Source: Macrostomum lignano (Eukaryota). Taken from it: DNA of 64,000 nt. Shown piece after piece: positions 41,601 to 54,636 of the stretch. Under the pieces are notes generated by a model. That model made no database searches, had not been told where the DNA came from, and saw only the letters and a program-made list of their open reading frames with translations. The stretch is from assembly GCA_002269645.1 (NCBI GenBank), contig NIVC01000550.1, positions 186,001-250,000 of the forward strand, given 5' to 3'. The position numbers and the translations under genes are program-made. Position 1 is the first letter of the stretch. Every line of letters begins with the position of its first letter.

Positions 41601-44600
41601 GAGACAAATCATGTCGAAGAGAAAAGTGAATTTAACTTGTGAAATATTGGACAAGAAATCTCTCAGACAAGTTGAGGAACTGGACAAGATCTGTCAGACA
41701 AGGTGAGGAACTGGACAAGATCTCTCAGACAATGTGAGGAACTGGACAAGATCTCTCAGACAAGTTGAGGAACTGGACAAGATCCTTCAGACAAGGTGAG
41801 GAACTGGACAAGATCTGTCAGACAAGGTGAGGAACTGGACAAGATCTCTCAGACAATGTGAGGAACTGGACAAGATCTCTCAGACAACTTGAGGAACTGG
41901 ACAAGATCTCTCAGACAATGTGAGGAACTGGACAAGATCTCTCAGACAAGGTGAGGAACTGGACAAGATCTCTCAGACAACTTGAGGAACTGGACAAGAT
42001 CTCTCAGACAATGTGAGGAACTGGACAAGATCTCTCAGACAATGTGAGGAACTGGACAAGATCTCTCAGACAACTTGAGGAACTGGACAAGATCTGTCAG
42101 ACAATGTGAGGAACTGGACAAGATCTCTCAGACAAGGTGAGGAACTGGACAAGATCTCTCAGACAACTTGAGGAACTGGACAAGATCTCTCAGACAACTT
42201 GAGGAACTGGACAAGATCTCTCAGACAAGGTGAGGAACTGGACAAGATCTGTCAGACAAGGTGAGGAACTGGACAAGATCTCTCAGACAAGGTGAGGAAC
42301 TGGACAAGATCTGTCAGACAAGGTGAGGAACTGGACAAGATCTCTCAGACAAGTTGAGGAACTGGACAAGATCCTTCAGACAAGGTGAGGAACTGGACAA
42401 GATCTGTCAGACAAGGTGAGGAACTGGACAAGATCTGTCAGACAAGGTGAGGAACTGGACAAGATCTCTCAGACAAGGTGAGGAACTGGACAAGATCTGT
42501 CAGACAAGGTGAGGAACTGGACAAGATCTCTCAGACAAGTTGAGGAACTGGACAAGATCCTTCAGACAAGGTGAGGAACTGGACAAGATCTCTCAGACAA
42601 GTTGAGGAACTGGACAAGATCCTTCAGACAAGGTGAGGAACTGGACAAGATCTCTCAGACAAGTTGAGGAACTGGACAAGATCCTTCAGACAAGGTGAGG
42701 AACTGGACAAGATCTCTCAGACAAGTTGAGGAACTGGACAAGATCTGTCAGACAAGGTGAGGAACTGGACAAGATCTTTCAGACAACTTGAGGAACTGGA
42801 CAAGATCTGTCAGACAAGGTGAGGAACTGGACAAGATCTCTCAGACAATGTGAAGAACTGGATACCTCTAACACTAGAGTATGTGAGTAAATAGAAATGT
42901 TTCAATTACTAGTATATTAAGCATGCAGTACTATACTGAAAAAAATGGAGCACCCTCACCTGAGGCGGCACCAACAGTTGATGCGGCTGATGCTGCGGCG
43001 GCGGACTGGTGAACTGTTGGAAAAATTGCGGATAAAGCCAGGGAGGCGGAGCCGACGCCATAGCGGCGGCCGTGGCGGCCGCGCCATCTTGACCACCGGG
43101 CTTGCGATCCTGCTGCTGCTGGTAGAGCTTCTCAGTGGCGTCCGCTAGCATCTGTCTCTGAATTGCTAGGACGTGATTGAGATAAGTTTGAACTGGCTCC
43201 TGACTCCAGTCTGGCTGCTGTTGCTGCTGTTGTTGCTGCTGCAGCTGTGAAACAGGCATATAATTAACCGAACCGGTAGACTGAAGACCAGGTGGAGGCG
43301 GCGGCGGCTGCTGCTGCTGCTGCTGCTGCTTAGGAAGAGAAGCTGCAATACTGCTGCTATTGTTAGAATTTGCCTGCTGCATCGAGTACTGCTGCTGCTG
43401 CTGCTGTTGTTGTTGCAATTGCTGCTTGGCGAAAGAGTCATTTGGATCGGCGCCTGAACCATAGAGACCGGCTGAGCTGTGCGACTGCGGTAAGGATGGG
43501 GGGGGGGCGGTTTTCATGAAATAGGGGCCGGTCCTGATCGAGGGAATGCACAACAATCGGATCTTAGTCAGGGGAATTCCAAGGAGTAATTCCTGTTTTC
43601 AAATTCCTATGAGTTACAATGGATTTTTACAGGGAGAATTACAATGGCCGATTCCTACTGGGGGAACTACAGTAACCGATCTTTACTGGGGGGCAATTAC
43701 AATAACCGATTCCTACTGGGGATATATAATAACCAAGCTTTACTGGGAGAATTGCAATAACCGATTCTTATTGGGGCGTAAGAACCTACGCCAGGGGTAA
43801 TAAAGATTACTTAAATGCGATCCCCTCCAGCCCTCTGGGACACACTTACTCCGCCACTAGTCGACAATGCAGATGAAGGCAGCACTCGACATCCAACAGC
43901 GCCAGGTTGTTGCGACTGCTGTGGCTGTTGCTGCTGTTGCGCTAGCTTAAACGCTTGCTGCTGCTGCTGCTGTTGCGTTAGGGGCTTCGGCACGCCGGAA
44001 GCGTTAAACGGAGAACCGCCACGCTGCTGTTGCATGGCAACAGATGGCGGAGGCGGCGGCGGCTGCTGCTGCTGATAGACGACCGTCCGACTTCCGACAC
44101 TGTCCCCGCCTGTACCGGCAGGTCCAGCTAGAATATTAGACGGCGGCGGTTGCGCCGATTGGGAAGGCAGCGAAGGCGGCGGCATAGAGACGGGCGGAGC
44201 CTCCATAGACACTGGCTGAGACATATTAGAGGACGCGGTTGACACGGGATGGATTAGCGACTGCTGCTGCTGCTTAGGCGATGCCTGATTATTCACCGTT
44301 AATAGCAAAGCAGCCGCGGCCTCTGCAACACTGTCCACGCCTGTGCCAGATGTAGAGGACACGCCAGCAAGAGAAGCCACTTGCGGCATCGGCAGCGACG
44401 TTGGCGGAGGCGGACTGGCTGGGGGCGAAAAGCTGCCAAATCGAACGCCCAGCGATGAGCCCTGGGTGCAAACTGGCGGCACCATTTCTACTGGTTGGCG
44501 GGGCCGTTCGCAAGGCGGCGGAGTCTTCGAACGGGCCAGTTGATTAGGAAGTGCAGCAGGCTTGTCGCTTGATTGAGTTGGCAGCATCTGTTGTTGACCA

Positions 44601-47600
44601 ATCTGCAATTTTAGAAGCATTGTGTGGCCAGGGATGACTAATCAAGTTACAGATTGCGAATCTTACTAGCCAATCAGACAGGACTATGTATACCGACTAT
44701 TGCTAACAAATCAGAAGTAAGAAGCTACACCCAAACTGTTCTTGACCAATCAGAAAGCAACAAGCTACACCCAAACTGTTCCTGACCAATCAGAAAGCAA
44801 CAAGCTACACCCAAACTGTTCCTGACCAATCAGAAATCAACAAGCTACATTCAAACTGCTCCTGACCAATCAGAAAGCAACAAGCTACACCCAAACTGTT
44901 CCTGACCAATCAGAAATCAACAAGCTACACCCAAACTGTTCCTGACCAATCAGAAAGCAACAAGCTACATCCAAACTGTTCCTGACCAATCAGAAATCAA
45001 CAAGCTACACCCAAACTGTTCTTGACCAATCAGAAAGCAACAAGCTACACCCAAACTGTTCTTGACCAATCAGAAAGCAACAAGCTTCACCCAAACTGTT
45101 CTTGACCAATCAGAAAGCAACAAGCTACACCCAAACTGTTCTTGACCAATCAGAAAGCAACAAGCTACACCCAAACTGTTCCTGACCAATCAGAAATCAA
45201 CAAGCTACATTCAAACTGCTCCTGACCAATCAGAAAGCAACAAGCTACACCCAAACTGTTCCTGACCAATCAGAAATCAACAAGCTACACCCAAACTGTT
45301 CCTGACCAATCAGAAATCAACAAGCTACATTCAAACTGTTCTTGACCAATCAGAAATCAACAAGCTACATCCAAACTGTTCTTGACCAATCAGAAAGCAA
45401 CAAGCTACATCCAAACTGTTCCTGACAAATCAGAAATCAACAAGCTACACCCAAACTGTTCCTGACAAATCAGAAATCAACAAGCTACACCCAAACTGTT
45501 CCTGACCAATCAGAAATCAACAAGCTACACCCAAACTGTTCCTGACAAATCAGAAATCAACAAGCTACATCCAAACTGTTCCTGACAAATCAGAAATCAA
45601 CAAGCTACATCCAAACTGTTCCTGACAAATCAGAAATCAACAAGCTACATCCAAACTGTTCCTGACCAATCAGAAAGCAACAAGCTACACCCAAACTGTT
45701 CCTGACAAATCAGAAATCAACAAGCTACATCCAAACTGTTCCTGACAAATCAGAAATCAACAAGCTACATCCAAACTGTTCCTGACAAATCAGAAATCAA
45801 CAAGCTACATCCAAACTGTTCTTGACCAATCAGAAAGCAACAAGCTACACCCAAACTGTTCCTGACCAATCAGATAACAAAAAGGAGAAAAGCAAAGCAA
45901 AACTCACCCTCAATGTGCTTTTAAGCTCTTCAGTTGCCAATTTGTTGTAGGCGGCCAAACTGTTGCTATAGCTACTAACGGGTGCTTGCGGATACAGCTG
46001 CGATTGCTGACCAGACTCCGAGTCAGAGGCATCGGCAGGATGAGTTGCAGCGTCGGGCTGGGCGTTCGATGAGCTGTCATTTGCTGCTTTACTGAAGAGC
46101 GAAATGTGTTTGAATGTGTTGCAAATTAGGTTTCAAATTCAAAATAATGCTTGGGCCCAAATATTACCCCCAAAATGCTAAGAAAGCTTTTCTATAAGTT
46201 CTTATCTGCCGATAACAGATAGGGCTCAAATCTGGCAGGCTAGTGGTGGCGCAGCAACTGAGGATCTGGGAGGCTGGCCCAGCAACTGAGGATCTGGGAG
46301 GCTGGCGCAGCAACTGAGGATCTGGGAGGCTGGCGCAGCAACTGAGGATCTGGGAGGCTGGCCCAGCAACTGAGGATCTGGGAGGCTGGCCCAGCAACTG
46401 AGGATCTGGGAGGCTGGCCCAGCAACTGGGGATCTGGGAGGCTGGCCCACAGATACTGGAATAACTAGATGGGCCACTCAGAACATTTGCGGGTAAGCTT
46501 CTTTCAGTTCAGTAGTAAGTTAAACAGTGCATTTTAATGCATTTTTAAAGCCAATTTTTATTTACTGGCTCACCCAAGCTTAAACCCTCCAGCCGCGCCT
46601 TTACACACTACCCCCGCCCCATTCTTTATTGCGTTTTTCGGAATTTCAGCCTAAAGCTGCCATGCACATTTCAGTAGACTGGCTAATGTACATTATTGCT
46701 GAACCAATTAGCAAGTTGTTTACGCCTGCAAGCTGGGCTTCAAAACTTATCAAAGACATTTCAGCTGCCTTTATTTTTATAAAATAGCTTATGTATTCTC
46801 CTTTGCTACTGAACTGAAAGTAGAAAGCTGTTTTACTAAGTATATGTGTTTGAGTGGCCTATCTAGCTATTTTAGATTCTGTGGGCTGGCCCAGCAACTG
46901 AGGATCTGGAAGGCTGGTGGTGGATTAAGCCTAGCTGAAGCGATTAATCAGCATAAAAGCGCACCTATCAGCCAGGCTAGAATTGGTGAAGATCTTTGGT
47001 TCTCCATTCCAGGCGTCCGACTCCGGCTCCCAAGGGACCTCGCGAGTCGCGTTCGACGCCTCAGCGGATGCGGCGACATCGCCATCTCGCTGAGACGGTT
47101 GCTGCTGGTCGCGCGAGGCGCCACTGCGACGACCGCCGCCTCGAGCACCTCCGCGTTGGGATTTCGGCGGCCGCTGTGTTGCTCGGTCCTCACTGGCGGC
47201 ACCAGCCGAAGCCGACGACGGATCGTCCGCTGCGGCAGAGGGGCCGTCGCGACGTCCAGCGCTGACTCCTGCACCACCGCGCGTCCTTCGATCCGAACGC
47301 TGCTGACGTCGATTCGAGGATCTGTCACCGCCGCCAGCTGCACCTTTCGACGAGGCTGCGCCACCGCTGCCAAAAGCAAAAGCAGATCCCGCTTGCTGCT
47401 GCTCGTCGAATCGAAGCTCCGACGTCTGCTGCTGCTGCTGACCCTTGGCCTTTTTCTTTGGCTTGACCGTCCAGCCCGACACGACGGAATCGGCGGCAGG
47501 ACCAGGCAGGGCTGCGCCAGTCCCCTGACCGCCGCCGCCAACCTCGCCGCTGGCGCCAGCAGAGCGAAGAATTTGCTGTTCAAGCTGTTCGAGCAGCTGT

Positions 47601-47872
47601 TCGGCCGCCTTCTCCACATCCTCATCCGCGTCGTGCAAAGCAATGGCTGCTAATTCCGCGTCGCAGCCGCTGATCTCCATCAGCTGGGTGACTTTGCGTC
47701 TAAGCTCGGAGTCGACGCCTTCCAAGCCGGGCGGAACAGCGGCGGCAGCATTCTGCTGTTGCTGCTGCTGCTGCTGGTGACCGCCGGATTTCCGGTTCCG
47801 TCCGGATGCAGAGGACGGCTGCTGGCGCCACTTGGCATTGTGGCCGCCACCATTTGTCTGAACGTCAGTCAT
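38611..47872 (-). CDS. UBAP2L: UBAP2/UBAP2L/Lingerer homologue; exons 47872-46965, 46091-45908, 44602-43850, 43484-42960, 39120-38611 (~959 aa; possible extra microexon)
   Basis: UBA-like KVTQLMEISGCDAELAAIALHDADEDVEKAAEQLL, then WTVKPKKK, an RGG region, WNGEPKIFTNS, Q/P-rich low complexity and a C-terminal aromatic AFWGG. All five exons join with GT-AG in consistent phase (2,0,0,0); total 2880 nt. Paralog assignment (UBAP2 vs UBAP2L) is not resolvable here. Confidence 0.8.
39570..40110. repeat. 101-bp tandem repeat, ~5.5 copies, in a UBAP2 intron
   Basis: GGCTGACCAC recurs at 39781, 39882 and 39983. Confidence 0.92.
40489..40916 (+). mobile_element. hAT-type MITE family A, copy 1
   Basis: Imperfect TIR CACAGATACTAGAACAACTAGATGGGCCACTCAG / CTGAGTGGCCCATCTAGCTATTTTAGAATCTGTG; 8-bp TSD CCCTAAAC at 40481-40488 and 40917-40924. 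Confidence 0.9.
41650..42860. repeat. 31-bp minisatellite GAGGAACTGGACAAGATCTCTCAGACAAGGT
   Basis: About 38 units. Confidence 0.95.
44720..45875. repeat. 40-bp minisatellite AAGCTACACCCAAACTGTTCCTGACCAATCAGAAAGCAAC
   Basis: About 29 units. Confidence 0.95.
46250..46447. repeat. 28-bp minisatellite GCAACTGAGGATCTGGGAGGCTGGCCCA interrupted by MITE copy 2
   Basis: The unit resumes after the MITE at 46885. Confidence 0.9.
46448..46884 (+). mobile_element. hAT-type MITE family A, copy 2
   Basis: CACAG...CTGTG termini, internal similarity to copy 1, 8-bp TSD GGCTGGCC at 46440-46447 and 46885-46892. Confidence 0.9.
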
Positions 47873-48499
47873 TTTGCATGAAAATTTACAGTATTCTTTT
47901 TTTGTTAATTATTGAATCTCGGAGTTCAAAAACAGTGACCCAAAAATACAGACGTAGTACTAAATTAGATGACGAGGCATTTAACCTTAATAAGTACACC
48001 TGCCGTTTACCCAAAATTACTTTTGGGTAAAAATTTTTGCTTTAGGGTTTCTTTCATAGGAAAGTCGTATTTTTTGGTAAAAAAGTAAGTCACACAGCCA
48101 GGTGAAATATCGAAGTTGGATTTATGTCAACAATGCCAGTCTCTTTAGATTTGACATTAATGGATACATGTAAACGACCAGTCATTCAAAAATACACAGT
48201 ATACTATAGGAGATAATGAATCTTAATGAGCTTGTTAATAAAAAATACAGCAAATTTTGAACAATTTATTTTTAAAGATGTAGAGATATGAATAAATCTC
48301 TATAAAAATAAACAAGTTACTTATTATTATAACCAGAATCTAATATTTAGATTATTATAAGTCAGAATCCCATTCCTTGAAATCCATCAGCTGAATCCCA
48401 TGACCCGAATTCCATCTTCCAAATCCTCTCCAATAAAACCCCAAATATCATATCTTGTTTTCCCAGTTTACAAAAATGGACTGCAATTGTAAAGATTAA

Positions 48500-49560
48500 G
48501 ACTCTCCTATCTCCTCTCTCTTCTTTACTCTCTCATCTCTAGTCTCATCTATCATATCTTATCTCTTAGCAATGATTTCTACTCTCATCCTTCCTCTCAC
48601 CTCTCTTCTCATCTTTCTTGCTCTATCATTTCTCTTCTCCTCCTTTCTACTTTTTCCTCTCTTTTCTCTACTCTCTCATCTTACTCTTTTTACTCTTTTC
48701 TCTCTCTTATCATCTCTCTCCTCTCTCCTTTCTCCTCTCTTCTCTTGTCTACTTCTCTCCTCTCTCTGCTCTCATCTCTACTCTCTTCTCTCTCTCTACT
48801 TTCTCTTTTTTACTCGCATTTTCTTATCTTTTCTCTCATCTCTCTCCTCTCTCATTTCTCTTTTCCTCTCATTCCTCTTCCTTCTCACCTCTCCTATCTC
48901 TTATCTCTCATTTATTATTTCTCCTCCATACATGCGCAACAGTCGGCCGATCTGGCCGACTGATTTGGCGGCCAACCAAGGAAGTCGCAAAAATGCCCAC
49001 CTGAAAAAATACCTAAGTAGTAGTACTAAGTAGCTGACGAGGCATTTTGGCTTAATAATACAGTCATAGTTACTCCTGTCGTTTACCCAAAGTTGCGTTA
49101 ACTTTGCTTTAGGTTTTTTTACATGTAAGTTGCATTTTTGGCCAAAAACTACGTCGCATTTTTGTTAAAACTAAGTCGCACGGCTGACTGAATTTTGGAG
49201 GTTGCGCATGTATGTTCTCCTCTAATCTGTCCTTCTTCTCTCTTTTCATTTCTTTTTTCCTTTGTTGTAATTGCTTATCTCCTAAATTATCCCTACCCTT
49301 CTCTTCTCTCATCTTTCCTCTGTTCTCTCTACTATCTCCTGTCTCCCCTCTTTTCTCTCAGTTCTCCTCTCCTCCTCTCCCTTCTCCATTCTCTCCTCTC
49401 ATCTCTCCTCTCAACTCTCATCTATCTTTTCTCTTACTTTTATTCACCTTTTTCTGTTCTCTACTCCCTTCCTTTACTTCTCTTTTCTTATGTTCCTCTT
49501 TTTTACTTTTTTATTTCCTTTATTCCTGTTCATTTCACTCCTTCATCCTTTCCATGAAAC
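48500..49560. repeat. CT-rich low-complexity tract, interrupted by a small TIR element
   Basis: Polypyrimidine + strand. The hydrophobic L/S/F ORFs are artefacts. Confidence 0.85.
48931..49210. mobile_element. 280-bp MITE, probable TA TSD (Tc1/mariner-like)
   Basis: TIR CATGCGCAAC / GTTGCGCATG flanked by TA on both sides. Its internal sequence resembles ~47950-48110. Confidence 0.55.
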
Positions 49561-49980
49561 ACAAGTCCATCAATTTTTTTCCATGAAATAGATATCCATT
49601 AAAATCTTCTCTAATGAACAGATATCTTTTAAAATCCTCTCAAAGAAACAGAAATCCATTAATTAATCAATTTAAAATATTCAAGGTAGAGGTGTCAGTA
49701 TGGTTAGGATTAGGGTTAACTTTTTAAAACATTCTTTTATTTCAATTTTATCTATATCCTCTCTAATGGGGTGCAGTAAAGGCTACAAATAAAGTAATTC
49801 TAAAACACTGTACTCTGCTATGTACACTGAGCCTTATTGCTACCAACTCCAACATGGGGTTTTTTCAATAAACTCAGCACACATGTCAGAATTTAAAAGC
49901 ATGGAACTCATTTTTGAATGCTATGCTTTTTGTTTTCATATATAAAGCAAACAGATTATCTTTCAACTTAGCATTCCAAG

Positions 49981-50416
49981 TAGTGTTCTACCATAGCTAT
50001 GGCTACGGCTATGGAATCCTACAGCAAATATGGTGAAATAGGTGCCTATGGCAACTATGGTTATGCCTATGGTGGATAGCTGCTCTTATGGCTACAATTA
50101 TGGAAATATGGTAGTTGCTGTCACATTCCATAGATTTCCATAGCCATAGTTATTAATTTAAAAAAAATATAAAATTGTTTTTTTCTATTTTAATCTGCAA
50201 TTGTTTAAGCTCTAAGTTATCTTCTTGGTTCAAAATATTTTGTTTCTAAGACTTTTTATTAAAACTATAGCTATGGCTATGGGAACTATGGGAATACTGT
50301 AATATTGAGGTCCCTATGGCTATAGATTAGTATAGAATATGGAGAATTTGAATAAGCCATAGTTTTGCTTACAGCTATGGCTATAACACATGGACCCTCA
50401 TTATGGCAGAACACTA
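49981..50416. mobile_element. hAT-type MITE family B
   Basis: 15-bp TIR TAGTGTTCTACCATA / TATGGCAGAACACTA (1 mismatch); 8-bp TSD ATTCCAAG / GTTCCAAG; many internal CCATAG/CTATGG subterminal motifs. Confidence 0.75.
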
Positions 50417-53400
50417 GTTCCAAGATCTTTTTAGCAATATAAGTCTTTTCGCTAAAACTTTAAATCTTGAAGAACAATTAGCATTTGAAATTCCCAATTT
50501 AAAGCATTGAAGTATTAAGTGTAAGTTTGCTGCATGCTATAGATGCTTACAAATTTATTCATTGAATTTCTTTGCCTAGCTAATAAACAAGGCTGCCTAT
50601 TGAAAGGAACCAATAATATAACCAATTGAATATCAATATAGTCTTATCTCTATCTATTTACACTATATAACTTTTATGTACACTCAGCCTAAGGCAAAGC
50701 CCAACCCCCTTTTTTAGAGAATCATTAAATTAAATTGTACCTCTAAAATATGGGTGTTTTATTTGCATTGAATACAAAATATATATCACCTACCCCTACA
50801 ATATGTAGCAATTTACAAGCAGAAATTAGGGTGGTTTTTTTATAAACAAATTTCTAATTAATGTATTTGGATATATAGCATAGGTATAGACGTATAGTGG
50901 TATGCTATGCTATAGAATAGGCTAGCTTTATAGCATAGAATATGGTAGATAAGGCTAGGGCTTATGGTATAATGATCATTGGATCATAATAGGATAATCT
51001 TGTTAAGTCTGAAAATACTCCTAAATCAATTTCATCTTGTTTATTTTTACTAAAAAAGATAAAAATATTTTTGTACCAAAGTCAAATGTAATTTAACACT
51101 TATTTGTATAGATAGTTATGTAACAGGGGTTTTGCTTCCCTCTTTAGATATTCCACTAATGCCACCAAAGTTGCCGTAGGGCTATAGTTTTTACTGGAAT
51201 TATCTTTCTGCTGACACCAGCTGTTACAGGGTTTTTAATTTCCCTTATTAAATTTCTACTAAATCTTGCCTTAATGTTTCTAACTGTTTCTTAGAATCTC
51301 ATATATTTTTGGGTAGCGTTCTTAGTAGTGTTCTGGTAGCGTTCTTGGTATATGGTCTGGTAGCGTTCTTTAGTATATAGCCTGAGCAGTCTTATTGGTA
51401 TATGTGTTTTCTCTCTCTAGTCTGGGCGTTACCAAGATTAGAGGGTCATAGCGATTACTCTTAGTACTACTCTTTGCATGAATCCCAAGTGCAACCTTCA
51501 ACCTTCTTCACAATACTCTTACAAATGAACAATGATCTGAGAATGGTTTATTGAACATGTTTTGAGCTTAAAGCTAACGAACGAGTTATCTCTTTCTTCC
51601 TCTCAGCCTGCCCCTATTTATACTATTTGAACGTGTGTATTTTTAACAAATATCAAATATTGAGAATATATAGAATATGTAGAATATATAGAATATTTTG
51701 CAGAGTAAAACAGATTATTAGCGCAGATTCAAACTGTTATATTCCTAGAAACTATTAACCACTTCTACAGTTATATTTTTTTTAAATTAAAGCTTTGTTT
51801 TTTCTTATGCATTTTAGAGATATAATGTTTGAATATCTTTTCTGCTTTTGTTTCTAGGCTTATTGTAAATTATTGTTAATGGCATGCAGGGCATGCAGTC
51901 AACAAGCATGGTATGCAATAGCCGAATAGGCATACAAACAAAAAACTCCTTGGTATACATTCCAGCATGCATACAATATGAATATATGATCCAGAATAGG
52001 CTATGGATTAATTATAGTTAAGCTATGCAATTACAAATAACTATTGTCTATTATAATAAATAAGAGAAAATTAAGTCAAAAATTTAAAAACAATTTTTCT
52101 AAATAGTTTCTATAAGACTGTAGGCCTATCACTATCAAGACAATTTTATATTTTGTATCTACTACGACTACTATAATCTATTTATTTAAGATTTAGATCA
52201 TAAAAAAGATAAATATTAAATAATATATTAATAGATTAATAGAAGCCAGACAATTTAATGCTAGACTGCATATTGTGACAATATGACACATGCTGTAGAA
52301 AAAATTCTATTATGAAGCTATTTAGGCCTAGCTATTTATGGAATAGTCACATATTTCATATAAACTGACATTGCGTTGGTGTTGGTGCTTGAATAAAGTT
52401 ACTTCCCTTATACATAATTTGTTTTGTTGAATGTAAGTTTTACAATAAATATTCATGCAAAACATTTAAAAATTGTCTGCATAAAGAATTGTGACTTATT
52501 TAGTGTTTGAATTTTACAAGCGACCTGAATATCCACCAAATTTGTCGCGTAGTAAGTAGTAAGCCCAGCCCCATACTGGCCACAAAAATAATATTTTTCC
52601 CTAAAATCCCGTGGATTTTTCTGATTTAAATTTAAAAAAATAAAACAAATACGTTATCTATCTTCTTACCACATGTCTTAAACCTAAATGCAAAATTATT
52701 AGTTGATAGATTACTAAATAAAAATAATGCTCTGCTTAAAAAATTTTATCCGCTACAAGTTGTTCTTTTTTTTGTCCGTAACCTTTTTCCTAAAATGCCA
52801 ATGCCAAGTGCTATATTTCCAATATTATCAGTGCTGCATAACGCAACACATGGTTTCGGCTATAAGAATGCAACCGAAAAAGAATGCCGTGATTTAGATT
52901 GGCTGCTTTCGTCAACATTAAATTTACACAGTCTGTAGTACAAGTCATGTACATGCATGACTCGATGTACATCATATGTAGGGTACGTTCCGCTTTCTTA
53001 AGCCTTAAGCCCTTACCAGGCCTTGGAGCATAGAAATTTATCACTTGATACTTTGGCTTTCCACTCCTGTCACTGGTCACCCAAATGGTTAAATACATAT
53101 GCGTTAAGTGTTGGTGAGGAAGAAGCAGCTGAGTTAGAATTAGCTATAGGTCCATAGCTCGATATGTACATGTACATGCTACATGTTATAGCGACATATA
53201 GCTATATTGCATAATAAATTCCTGTTGTAAGGCTTTAAGTTGCTTGAGACGTGCTACATAGTGGTCCTTGGGCCATTATAACAGTCATATGTAAATAAAG
53301 TGTGACTGCAAAACTCATTATTAGCACTATATATATAATGTATAGTTTGTGTATATGTAGAGCCATCCCTAGCTTGATATCATGACCATTAGCTAGCTGC

Positions 53401-53592
53401 ATGGTTAATTTTAGCATTAAATGAGCCGCTTTTGATGCGTTAAGTTTTCAAAAGGACATAGCTTATGAGCATCAGTGACAAACTGCAGAAGTAAGTTATG
53501 TCAGCAGTTATTCGCAATGGCAAGCTTGAGTCAGAGTCAGAGACAAGGAAAAAGATGGTTCATAACTTCATCCTACGCCTATCGAACCGGAT

Positions 53593-54636
53593 CAGGGGCG
53601 TAGGGAGGGGGGATAGGGGGGTGTATCCCCCCGAAGAGCCTTACCAAAATTTTTTGTTGCCGGCCTTAATTGTTGCTAAATATATGCTACCATGTGACTC
53701 TGTTATAGCATGTCACGTTATTGGCGTAGCGGCCAGCTATGCGATGACCCTTAAAAGGGCCGTTTTAGTCCCAAAATAAGTTGAAATCAATTCTTGTAAA
53801 GCGAATTTTGTAGCGGAGCACTTGGCGATAAGGCAGGAACTGCCGTAGTTGGTTTTATTGGTAGTATCAATACGGGGCTTGGTTAGGAGTTCTATCAATA
53901 AACAAACGATAGCTTTCTGGGCACTGGCGGCTGCAACAATGGGTTGAATATAATTTTGATATGAAGTCAAGTGGCAGGCGAATGATGCAATGGCGACGTA
54001 ACGTGAGGAGCAATGGCAATGAGCACAGTGAAGGCAGTGAGACGCAGTAGGCAGGCAGATGAGCAGTGGCGAGGTTGGCATCAGCCGTGGCGTGAAGTAA
54101 GGAGGCTCGAGGCAGCCAGACAGAGAGAAGGAAAACAAGGCTAGACAAGGCTAGGCAATTAGCCAGACGGGACGGAGGACAAGCCTAGGGAGAGAGAACA
54201 CAGAACACAAGAACAGGGACGAGGCGAGAGAAACCCCCCAGCCCGCCAGGCGAGGGTTAATAAAGAAGCGCAGAGGGGGGGGGGGTAGCGCGAAGCATGA
54301 GCGGTTTTCATTGGCTGGCGAGAGAACTTAAAATTATCGATCGTGCCAATTTTATACGGTCGCGAGAGAGGATAGCAAAATATACAGTGAATTAGAAATT
54401 GCCACAAAATCGTTGGGCACTACTACAAGTAAACGTCGCAATAAACAAATGGAAAAGTTTAGTTGAAACGATGAAACTGAAGGGTTGAATGACTATGGGG
54501 AAACAGCAGTCCAACGGCCCTTTTCGGGACCACCTTAAACTGACAACGTCACAAGCACTTTTACCTTGGTGTATCCCCCCCGTAGAAAATTCACCTTGGT
54601 GTATCCCCCCGTAGGAAATTCCTGGCTACGCCCCTG
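53593..54636. mobile_element. 1044-bp non-autonomous hAT-type element, family C
   Basis: 11-bp TIR CAGGGGCGTAG / CTACGCCCCTG; 8-bp TSD AACCGGAT / AACTGGAT; subterminal GGTGTATCCCCCC motifs; no recognisable transposase. Confidence 0.8.

Noticed and set aside
39570-45875. CRISPR-like appearance of the 31-, 40- and 101-bp arrays
   Set aside because: Units are contiguous with no unique spacers, there are no cas genes, and the context is eukaryotic introns.
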